Assembly: GCF_963853765.1 (NCBI RefSeq)
Contig: NC_088854.1
Span: 23,684,001 to 23,748,000, forward strand
Source of the DNA: Magallana gigas
Taxonomy: Eukaryota
Length of the DNA stretch: 64,000 nucleotides
Direction: 5' to 3'
In this document: positions 40,007 through 50,887 of the stretch, one piece after another
How the letters are laid out: every line of letters starts with the position of its first letter
How positions within the stretch are numbered: position 1 is the first letter of the stretch
Notes under the pieces: model-generated
The model's database searches: none
What the model saw: only the letters and a program-made list of their open reading frames with translations
Told to the model about the DNA's origin: nothing
Translations under genes and position numbers: made by a program

Positions 40007-40101
40007 AGAAGTTGAGAACACCTGTGTCTTTGATTGTTTTACACTTATCACATCTCATTTCTTCTTCTCCTTTATCTCTCGATTCATTCTTTCTCTCTGA
40101 A

Positions 40102-41155
40102 TTAGAAGTTGAGCATGCCTCTATCTTTGATTGCCTTATACTGATCTGGAATCTCCATCAAAGCCTGCAAGGCAAATGCTGCCTGTGGGTTTCTAGCAGT
40201 TGTCATTATCTTATGGAAATCAACAAACTGAAAATTGTCAAAATTTCTTCTAGGTAGACGGTCATCAAAATCTTCCATGATATCCCATGGTCCATCACCT
40301 ACCCCAACCATCACGATTGATATAGGCCAATTGGAGGCTTCAACAATGGCATTCACAGTTTCTCTCTCATTGGTTACTTGTCCATCAGCGACGATAACAA
40401 GGATGTGATACTGAAAGTACCCGAAAATAGTGGATATTATAATGTTGGCTACATTTAAAACCATCCAAGACATGATTTTAAATACAAAACATATTTCCAT
40501 TTTCAAAGTCACAAAGAAGCAGACTTTCCTCAGTCTCTACATATTGCAAATTTTTATTTTCTATGAGATATAGCTTCCCCTTACCGTACGCTCACGTTTC
40601 ACAATATCAATGGCTTTATTGATTAGAGGTGCAAAATTGGTTCCTCCACTCAGACGAATGTTAGGGGTGATTTGATTGTACATCTCAAGGACATCATGGA
40701 AGCCATAACAATAACCCTGTGTACACAGAAAAAAAACCTTTGGATTTTCTGCATGCATCAATACATGTACTAAGTACAGGTATACCGGTAGATGTTTTGC
40801 AAGACCTGACTTAGATTATCATAATTTCAGATATTAAAGGAAAGAAAAATGGTACTAAATATTTCATAGAATGGCACATATAAAATAAAAATCAACCAAT
40901 AAATATTTTATCATAAAAGAAATAAACCAACCTCAGCTCTGAAAGGAAACACAGCTCTATCTCTTGTTGAGGCATCTCCAAATCCAAATGCAGGAATTTT
41001 GCCGTCATCATCAAAGGATTCTAAGGTCTCTCCTAGGATGCAGATCACCTGTTGGTAGTGACAAAACCTTTATAATACTATTCCATTTATTGGTGATAAT
41101 AAGTAATGCATTATTTAGAGGTACACTCAACTTTTACAGGTATTAAAATTCAATT

Positions 41156-41187
<32 letters not shown>

Positions 41188-43903
41188 CAACAAAAGCCAT
41201 AATAAAATAATCTTTTCGAGAAGAAGATATTTCTCTCATGATTTGAGCAAAGTGAAATCTTTACAACCTAAGGATGCTTCCACACAAGTTACAGCTTTTC
41301 TGGCCATTTGGTTTTTGAGAAAAATTTTAAAGTTTTTTTCTTTATTATCCTATGTAAGAATTCGACCCACATTGTGGGCCCACTCTACCCCAAGGATCAT
41401 GGTTTAAACAAACTGGAATCTACACAATCTGAGGATGCTTCCACACAAGTTACAGCTTTTCTGGCCAATTAAATTTTGAGAAGAAGATTTTTTAAAGATA
41501 CCAACAAATTTTTAAAAATTCTTTTTAATCATCCCTCTTTGAAAAAAAGTGTGACCCTTTATTTTGAAAAACTTAAATTCCCTTAACCTAAGGATGTTTT
41601 GTGCAAAGTTTGGTTTAAATCAGCAGAGTGGCTCTTGAGAAGTTGAAAATCTAAAAAGTTTACAGGCAGATGGACAGACAAATGGACGGACAGACAGGCT
41701 GATGGACAGACAGATGGATAGACGCTGGACAAAAAGTGATCAGAAAAGCTCACTTGAGCTTTCAGTCAGTTGAGCTAAAAACTGTATATAATTCTTTGTG
41801 TATGCATGGTAGGGACAAAAAATCACTCACTAGAAGAATAGTTATGCAGTAAGTGCTCCATCTACCAAAGCACAAATTGATACTATTTTTGTGAATAGGT
41901 TATCCAGTTAATGTCTAAGCCTCTTTACTCTGAACTTCAGCTATTTAAATCACTGGTAATTTTACAATTCATTAATCATTATCATGCAGCACATCAGATA
42001 CTTTTGACCAAACTTCTATTTAGACTAAATACACTCAAAACACCAATAATATCATAATGTACAAGTACAGCTTTACAAATGCAGCAGTTAGCTAAGAAAA
42101 ATTAATTAATACATGTACAAGCCAGGGCTGCGTTTTACAAAAGAACTTAAGACCTACTACCAAATTAATGAATGGTAATTAATCACAAACTTATCAATGA
42201 TTCATTCTTATGGCTGGAAAATATAATTATGGGAATTAAAATATTTGTTAACAAATGGTTTTATGTCAATTTTGTTCTTTTAAGATCATTCTACGAGACT
42301 GTAAATCTTTACGACATTGTCGTAAGTTCTTTTGTAAAATGCAGCCCTGGTTATATGTGTGCAAATCTTGGCACTACAGAGGTGCAACTAAAGACATTTC
42401 TTAAAATTGTAGGGAATCATCTATGTGTTTCATATATGCTTTTTTTTTTAAATACAGGCATATCTAAATTTAAGCATGTTTTGTAACTGTAACTGAAAAA
42501 GGGAGGTAAATAAAGAAACTATTGGCAAATCCATCAGTACCTGTTGGTAAGGGTTTAGAAACCTCTGGCCTATAGAGTGAAGGGACTGTCCCCCAAAACT
42601 TCTCTGACCCTGCACTGCATTACTGGCAGTATAATCTATCCCTGTTAACAACAGAAAGAGTGCCCGGTCCTGACATATACACATGGTACTTATATTCTAA
42701 TTACTAAATCTATTATAATTACAAGAAATGCATTTGAAATACATGTACAAACATTTTTTGGCAAATATGTAATAGCTTGGGCAGTTGATTTCAATGTTTC
42801 ATAAGCTTTGGGGGGAAGTAAATATCTTCATGTAGCTGTATTTGAAATTTTAAAAAATCATGTTCTACAGCAAAAAAATCTGTATAACTATGATAGCTCT
42901 CAGGGAAAAGACTGGACCATTGGGCTACAGTAACTGCTCCAATATTCCCACTGTAAGGTTGCCATTTTATGTTCAAATATTAAGGCACCTATGATTCAAC
43001 AGTGTAAATCATTGTTTGTTTTAAATTCTTGGTAACCAAACACTACAAATTAATGCAGCCCTGCTCTTGCAGTTTAATTTCATTAATGTACTTTACAATA
43101 TCTATATTTGGTAAATCTGAAATTTGTATTTATTAATCGGTTTCTTTTGCCTTTGCTGTTCAAAAATCTCTTTTTTATATCTAGCCTTTTCTACACAATA
43201 ACTGATATACTTTATATGAGTTGCCTACCCTTTGATAAGGATTAATTTCCCTGGGATCTATACAGTGCAGACTTTTCCCTCCAAATGTTCTAATCCCTTG
43301 GCACATATTACTTTGTGTAAAATCCACACCTACAACATGCTCATTATTAATTCTCTTTTTCAATTCTATGATATTCATTTCATAAAAAGTACTACATGTA
43401 CTGAAGATGATTTTCAAGTACTGGTACATGTACATGTATCTCAAATGCATTTGAACATATTGTAAATCAAAATTATATTAATGGTAAATGAATTTCAAAT
43501 GCATGTGGTAAACTTATTGTAAACCAAAAATAAACACTTGTACTTATGAATTTACATGTTATAGAAACATCAGTTTTCAATATGATTAAATATTCATATA
43601 CAAAAACTCACCAAATATTAGGCCACATCCCTCTACTCCTGCTTTTCTGATAGCAGTGGTAACATCTTCAAGGGAAGTAAATCTATCAACAAAACTAGAA
43701 TAACTGCTGCCTCCAAAAAAGCTGAAGAGGCTATTGGAGTTGCTTTTCTTTGCCTTCATCTGACTGAGATCTGGGTAGAGCTTGTTCTGTGAGGACCCCG
43801 ATGAGGAGGCTGATGAGGAGGCACTCGATGAGGAGGAACCTCCACAGCAACACCAGATAAAGAAAACTATCACACAAAATATGATCACGCTGATGACTTC
43901 CAT
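40102..43903 (-). CDS. Copine/RGLG-type vWA-domain protein with an N-terminal membrane anchor, no C2 or RING domain (~316 aa)
   Basis: Exons (minus): 43903-43612, then [43329-43229 OR 42641-42541], 41048-40932, 40716-40585, 40410-40102; 951 nt. Copine A-domain motifs GxDFTx[49 protein letters not shown] and DNFQFVDF. A likely non-coding first exon ends at donor 44704. Confidence 0.9.
41156..41781 (+). mobile_element. Helentron-like non-autonomous element (HINE type) in a vWA gene intron
   Basis: Starts aagaggcccatgggccacatcgctcacctgag. Contains internal ~165-bp tandem units (gatgcttccacacaagttacagcttttctggcca twice) and a gacagacag tract. Ends agctcacttgagctttcagtcagttgagctaaaaa. Confidence 0.75.
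42122..42350. mobile_element. 229-bp MITE with ~30-bp TIRs, 190 bp downstream (transcript sense) of alternative exon 3b
   Basis: ccagggctgcgttttacaaaagaactta pairs with taagttcttttgtaaaatgcagccctgg. No TSD was resolved. Confidence 0.75.
42541..42641 (-). CDS. Alternative exon 3b of the vWA gene ([34 protein letters not shown])
   Basis: ctttctgttgttaacag|...CAG|gtactg; 101 nt, phase 1 in and phase 0 out. Confidence 0.8.
43229..43329 (-). CDS. Alternative exon 3a of the vWA gene ([34 protein letters not shown])
   Basis: atgttgtag|...AGG|gtaggc; 101 nt, phase 1 in and phase 0 out. Confidence 0.8.
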
Positions 43904-44405
43904 TCTTCTAAAAGTAAGAGGAACAAATACAAAATATTTGTCTATGTTCATGCATTCATTTTAACATCATGCACTTGGTTTATAATCGATTTTTAATGGA
44001 GAGATTTATGCTTCAAATTTTGGATGGACTATTTATAAAATATTTAATAGATCTACTAAACTACATTGTAGCTGCCATCCTGGAGTTGAATTCTTTTTTG
44101 TTACAGCTATAACCAACTACTTGTAGCAACGTTTAAATAAAGTAATTTAACTCAGCTGACTTTTTAACAATCTCCAGTCCTTTGCAATTAATCCTCAATA
44201 ACTCTTAAATATCCAGGTATTATTTGTTTAAATCACAGATTTGAAAGTTCTAAAAAGTTTTTCCAAAAATATCTTAGCTGGAGAAAATTGCGACATAAAT
44301 TTCTCAAATGTATGAACATCATAATTAAAATAACTCCAATTAATAAGATATGAAGAACAGATATTATATTTTCTAAAATAACAACAATACTATAAGGCTG
44401 AGGAT

Positions 44406-44473
44406 CAATCGCAACTTCTCGGGCCTTTCGTGTTTTTCCAAGCTTGCCGGAAAGGCCCGAGAAGTTGCGATTG
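44406..44473. mobile_element. 68-bp hairpin mini-element with perfect 24-bp arms and a 10-bp target-site duplication
   Basis: caatcgcaacttctcgggcctttc pairs perfectly with gaaaggcccgagaagttgcgattg. GGCTGAGGAT flanks it at 44396-44405 and 44474-44483. Confidence 0.75.
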
Positions 44474-44899
44474 GGCTGAGGATATGACGCCCCTGTGGTC
44501 TGATGCAGAGCACACAATAACTCATTTAAAATAATCAGCATGCGTTTTGACTTCTACTTAGCTTATATCATTTGAATAATTCAACAATACTCTATTGAGA
44601 TAACCTATTCATTATTTTATATTTATTATCCCCTAACGTTATTTATTACTAGATTTGAACAGTTTGAGTATCTCTCTTAAATTTTTCTACAATCACTGTT
44701 TACCTGGAAGCAAATGAGATTCTATAGCTGAGTCTTCTATAGCTGAGTCTTCCTGACCAGTTCGGAAACAAGTCTGAAATTGATAAGAGTTGACAAATTC
44801 CCTGACGATAAATAGAGATGTTATTGCAGCATGAACTTATCAACGACACGTCAGCTCATGCAACAAAACTGAAAGTAAACAAATCAACGTGAATCAGAA

Positions 44900-45254
44900 A
44901 CGGAAAAGAGAGCTCCAAAACCCTCTTAATAAAACGTTTTGATGAATCCGTTATTTTCGGTCCTATCAATTTTAGCAATTCATCTTTTATTCTTGGGTAG
45001 TTTTGCACTTTTAGAACTGTGCCGTAAGTTTAGTTTTTCTTTTTTAAATAAAAAAACTATAACTTTTAGGAGAAAGAATATCATTCGAATAGTAATTTTA
45101 TGCGGAAGCGACAAAATCCCTTAGATCCCAAAGTCTTTTGGCACGAAATCATCTAGCACAAAAACCAAAGACGACTTCCGGTGAAAATAAACGCGTTTTG
45201 CCGTTTTCACGGTTTTGCCTTCTTTTCTAGCTTCGTTTCGTGTCTTTTGCAATC
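44900..45254. promoter_or_regulatory. Probable bidirectional promoter between the vWA gene (minus) and CSTF1 (plus)
   Basis: Head-to-head genes about 550 bp apart (5' exon donor 44704; CSTF1 ATG 45255). ETS-like ACTTCCGG at 45174-45181 and local CpG enrichment. Confidence 0.55.
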
Positions 45255-48200
45255 ATGATCGGTGCATTGGGCGGAGACTCCGAAGTTAAAAACAGAGAAT
45301 TAATGTACAGATTAATGATAAGGTAATACGAACAATAATGCAATAGGCCTAACCATGATTTATTTGCAGGTGTGTTTGCCCCCCCCCCCCAATCACACTT
45401 TTGTACAGTCGTTTGACCAGTTCCGAATTTTGACCAGTTCCGAATAGTTCAGAAGTTAAATAGCAAAAAATTAATGAAATAAAACATGGAGGAAAAAATC
45501 AATACCTTTAATATAAACACGTATTAATGCTTGTTTGAATTCTGCTGTAGTTTCATTTTTTGCGGTCATACATGTATTTGATATCGGTCTTAGATTATTC
45601 GACCTACTTTCGCTTTGTAATAAATCCAGGTCATTGCAACGCTAATATGCACGTAAAATCGTCTGTCGGTGCCTTAAATTTTCACTTGTAACAAGATTTC
45701 TTTTTTTAAATGTAGGTTTAGTATGTATTCTAACATACCCAAAAGCAAACGGGATAAAAAATAAAATAAAAACGCAAGTGGATGCAGAATTTTATTGAGC
45801 CGTCATTTTACGAGTTCCGAATACCCAATTTGTTTCCCTCTGTTTTAGGATTTAATGAAGGGATTGATTAAAACAAATACTTCTGGACTTCATTAAATGA
45901 CTTTCTCCGTCTCAAATAAATCATATTGTACCACAATAATGATAAGTGGAGGAGCTGCGACTGTATTCCGACAAGATGTTAGAAACCAGGCTAAATTATT
46001 GTTACGGTGATTTTGTCTGTCATTTCCGTGCAAATCAAACTGTCTTGTTAAGAAAATACCAATTACTGAGATGTTTGCATTAAACCTGTTATTCAACAGG
46101 TTCAATCAATAGTTTTAAGGCCGAAACTTTTTTTTATCTGCATTCCATATGTATAGGAACAGTTATGTTATTCGGAACCCATCGGCTTATTCACAACTGG
46201 TAAAATGGCTTCCCACGTAATTTGTTAGAATAAAATTTTATTTAAAAAAAATTAAATGCAGTAATATTGCATTTATATCAGCAGGGATATGGTGTATATA
46301 GGCCAAAAAATCAGATCTAAAAATAACACCCAGGAACATTTACAGCACCTCCAAATATGTACCCTATTCGGAACTGGTCAAACGACTGTATCATGGAACC
46401 ACAGGTTAATAGTACTGGTAATGCCAGTCTTTACTCTAACCACTGCAACCACTAAAATTTTATTTTAACTTCGTATAATCCACAACAGTTAAAAAATCAT
46501 AGTGAGAATTTAATATCGGTTTCCCCACAAATGATATAATCTATGCCGATTATTAATACCTCAGGTTCATTTAGGAATTTACAGTACTGTAATGAAATTA
46601 TATATTTTCACATGTATCCTGCTCATGCATATATATACATGTACACTATTTTGCCTTTTTGGTACTTTTTATTCATTCTTTTATGTTGTCTTTACCAGTC
46701 AGTTGTTTTATGATGGACATCAACAGTTAGCAGTTCAGCTCTCTAACCTTGTCAAGGCACACCCTGCTTGTCCCCCATCAGACAGACTCTTCAAAGTTGT
46801 CAAATTTGGCTTGGAATCAGAAGAAGGTGAGTTTTAGGATCTATTCACATGATACACAGATGTTGGGTTTTATTTTCTCCTAAATGCGTTTATATAATGT
46901 AAACTTATCCTATATCTGTATATAGCTTACTTCTATTCGCTCAGAAGGTTGAAAATTGGGGCATTTTAATGCATGTATTGCTGTGTTTTTCTTGAGCATC
47001 GATCTTGTTAAAACCTTAATTTGAACTTTTTCCTTGATATCTTGAAATTTAAAACAAGATAGAAGTTTCATTACAAAAAAACAAACTTGTTTTTTTTTGG
47101 ATTAGCTTTGCATTTGAACAAGTTGTTCTAATACATGTATCTAATCTCATTAACAGAACTGTCTGGAAGCAAAAAGATTGAACAAAATATTGCGCCAGGT
47201 TCAGGAATTGACTTGGAATATGAAACAGATGGTAAAACACTTTGAAAATATTTTTTTTTTATCTGTTAAACTTGTATTCATGAATTCAAATCAATTAATA
47301 TGACTATTTGGTTATGACAAACATGTTGCTCAGCATTGGCTAGTACATGTATATCTAATATCCTGTCAATGTTTAGATAGATGTGATCTAGTTACATGTC
47401 TTCAGCAGTGTTTAATGTACTGAGGCAGCCATAGACACATTTTTGGACACCTTATTTCTTGTAATTTCAGTACAGTCAATATCTCCTGAGGGAGCCCTGT
47501 ATGAGACTTGTTATGTCACAGCCCACAAAGGCCCATGCCGGGCTGGGGCATTCCACTCCTCAGGGAAACTCATTGCCACAGGGTCAGAGGATGCCTCCAT
47601 CAAGGTATGATAGACACTGTTGCTGAAGATTTGCAAGCCATCTACACTATAATGGACCAGGGCAGGCTGGAAGTGTGGATGGTTGGCAGTTGACTTTCAT
47701 TTTAAATTCCTTTTTCAGTGTCTTGAAAGACAAACTTGAAGAACTTTAAGATTAAAGTTGCAGTATTTGTACATTGTATTTTTGCTTCAATACAGTAAAA
47801 CTTGTTTAGTACAAACAGGGATATAGCAAAATCTTGGTTATAGCAAAGTTTTTTGGAGTCCCAGGTAAATTTCTTAACAAATCTTTGCAAAATTTACAGT
47901 TATAACGAATTTGGATACAATGAATTTACTGATATATATGTTATAGTTATTATTATGAATTCGTTTAATGGATATAACGAATTACGGATATAATGAAGTA
48001 AATCCATTAGCCCCTAGGACTTCGCTATAACCGAGTTTTACTGTCTATACATGTATATATGCATGGTTTTATTTTCAGGGAGATGGAGTTGTCAATAGTT
48101 GGTCCATACATTTATCTTTAGACTTATTAAAAGTACTTCATTAATCACAATTGACATCTTGAAAATACTCACATTTTTTGTTTTATTACATAATTATTTA

Positions 48201-50838
48201 GATCTTAGATGTAGACAGAATGTTGGCCAAAAGTGCCACCCCTGCAGAAATAATTGCGATGGAAACCCCACAACAAGCAATGGAAAATCACCCAGTCATT
48301 AGAACACTGTATGATCATATAGATGTAAGTGCAAATTCCACTATTATATGTATTCTATATTTTTGACCAACATTTTATGCTATCGATTTATAAAACTTTA
48401 ATTGCATGAAAATCAAAATCTTTTGAATTACAATTTCAGGAGGTCACATGTTTAGATTTCCATCCTACACATTCTATTCTGGCATCAGGCAGCACAGACT
48501 ACAGCATTCGTTTCTTTGAATATTCAAAACCTTCTGTCAAGAAAGCTTACAAAAGTATACAGGAGGCTGCCCCAGTCCGCTGTCTGTCATTTCATCCCTC
48601 GGGGGATTTTCTCCTGGTGGGGGCGGATCATCCTACAGGTAAATATAACACAGGCACAGTAAATATACACAGACACAGGTTAAAATTACACAGATGCAGG
48701 TAAATATAACACATGGAAATATAACACAGACACTGGTAAACACAACGCTGACATGGGTAAACTTAACACAGACACAAGTAAATATAACATGGACACTGGT
48801 AGATATAACACATACACAGGTAAAAATAACACAGACACAGGTAGATAGACACAGACAGGAAACTGAGAGAAATCTATTGCATATTTATGCATCTGTCGAT
48901 CTTGGAACCAATACATGCAATAACTATTTTAATTTATTTGGAACTACGTATCACAAGCGAGTGAAGTCATTTTAACATGGGATATGTAACACATTATTAT
49001 GCAAAGATTGTGTCAGCATGTGATCTTGTTTTTTTACATACATGTACATGAAGAGATGAGTGCATCAGTTTCAATTATTGAAGTGTGTATTTGTAAAGAA
49101 CGACATTTTGTTTACAGTGAGGTTGTACGATGTGAACACCTTCCAGTGCTTTGTGGGTAGGAACCCCAGTACTCATCACACCCTCCCTGTCACTACAGTG
49201 AGTAAAATGTCTAATGTCAGCTGTATTCTCAGGGATGTCTCAAACTTAGACTCAAGATACATGTATCAGTTTAAGTACAGTTTGCTTCAAAAGACATGTA
49301 ATACATTTATTTAGGTAAAATGGAGCCCCAATGCCAATTTGTACGCCACAGGCTCGTTGGATGGGGATATAAAGGTTTGGGATGGAGTCAGCAATCTGGT
49401 GATTAGCACGTTTAAGAAAGCTCATGATGGAGAAGAGGTGTGTTCTGTCACCTTCTCCAGGAACTCAAAGGTATAACAGCAATTAAAACAGGTCACTTTT
49501 ATACATATGGATACATGTATTTGCATCAACTATTTAAGATTATAATGCATCATCTATATTGTATTGTTTATTACTGGTAAAGTTCTTTGCTTCAGTGTTA
49601 CTTAGAACTTAAAGTCATTTCAATATTTAAATCCCTTTTTAAACCAGGCAAAATCTTTTACAGTTGTGATTGAGCATAAATAACATGGGGCAAAAATATT
49701 TTGTAAACAGGATACTTTTTAGTCATGTTTTAAACGAAATGTTGTTTTATACAAGTATTTCTTGTCATGTATATAACTATGAAAGATGATTTGGAATTTT
49801 ATTTTATACAGATATATTTTTGATAATCTACACTAAACTGTATCATGTACATGGGGAAAATTAAGTTCCATGATAATTAATTTTTCTGAATGTTTGATTG
49901 CTAATGCTTGAGTATTTCTGATTGTACTGTATCTTATGTGTATGTCTGTAATATTGAGATCTGTTGGTCTGTTTCAGTATGTTTTGTCCTGTGGGAAGGA
50001 CTCCTTGGTCAAGCTGTGGGAGCTGTCCACCAACAGGTGTCTGATAGTGTACACAGGGGCGGGGATGACCGGCAAGATGCAGCACGGGGCACAGGCAGTG
50101 TTCAACCACACAGAGGATTACAGTCAGTTCACACATGTAAACTCTGGTCAAAGAGACATGACGTGCAGTTGATGCTAAATTAGCTATCAATATACAATGT
50201 ACTTCTGATTTTGGACCTAAAGTGGAAGAGTCTTTCATTTAGACTGAGTTTTGGGTTTTTTTTGCATTGAGAAACAATGCCATTATCAGTCTCTCCAGAT
50301 TCTATTAATTTAATTGTTAATTTGATTGATTTCTTTCATGTAGTGGAGAGAAAAGGTTCTTGTTCCATGCAGTACTTCTCACTGGCTGCTCAGTAGTTAT
50401 AATTGTGTGTGGATGAACAAGAATACAAATCTCCAATCATTATACCATTTGTTAGAACAGTTTGTTAATTCTATAATTTCATTCCTGCAGTTTTCTTTCC
50501 TGATGAGAACACAACCTCTCTGTGTTGCTGGGACTCAAGGAATGCTGAGAGGCAGAGGTTACTGGCCCTGGGTATGTAGCTTGTATACAGGTTCTATCCA
50601 TATGTGTTTGAAATCTCTAAACAGTACAATGTCCCATGATCTTCATTTTATGGTGGATTCTTTTATTGATTGGTACTTTTATTGGCTAATATAGGCCTAT
50701 TCATTAATTTCTTTACAATTCACAGGACATAACGGAGCTGTACGATACATTGGGCACTCCCCCACTGGCCCCGCCTTCATCACATGCAGCGAGGATTTCC
50801 GTGCAAGATTCTGGTACAGAAAGGCAGATACAGACTAA
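45255..50838 (+). CDS. CSTF1: Cleavage stimulation factor 50 kDa subunit (WD40), ~433 aa
   Basis: 11 exons: 45255-45322, 46699-46826, 47157-47231, 47471-47604, 48202-48324, 48440-48638, 49118-49197, 49315-49470, 49978-50122, 50491-50571, 50726-50838 (1302 nt). Recognisable CstF-50 sequence: [71 protein letters not shown]. Confidence 0.96.
45404..46390. mobile_element. TA-flanked Tc1/mariner-type MITE in CSTF1 intron 1
   Basis: Termini tacagtcgtttgaccagttccgaat and attcggaactggtcaaacgactgta. Confidence 0.85.
47791..48045. mobile_element. Short Tc1/mariner-type MITE in CSTF1 intron 4
   Basis: Termini tacagtaaaact and agttttactgt, with subterminal gctataac/gttatagc repeats. Confidence 0.65.
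48635..48860 (+). repeat. ~21-bp minisatellite beginning at the CSTF1 exon 6 donor
   Basis: Units resemble cag-gtaaatataacacagaca. GT positions at 48639, 48679, 48700, 48736, 48757, 48778, 48799, 48820 and 48841. Confidence 0.85.
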
Positions 50839-50881
50839 ATACATGTATCATGACTTCATTTTCTCATTTTGTAAATACTTC

Positions 50882-50887
50882 AATAAA
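50882..50887 (+). terminator. Candidate poly(A) signal for CSTF1
   Basis: AATAAA about 45 nt after the stop codon, followed by a T/GT-rich tract. AATAAA is common in AT-rich DNA. Confidence 0.45.

Noticed and set aside
39858-40058. ORF with (ER)n run; also the (SL)n ORF at 15341..15586
   Set aside because: Translations of dinucleotide microsatellites.
48686-48975. ORFs with 7-residue periodicity ([16 protein letters not shown]... and its antisense)
   Set aside because: Translations of the 21-bp intronic minisatellite, not in frame with CSTF1.
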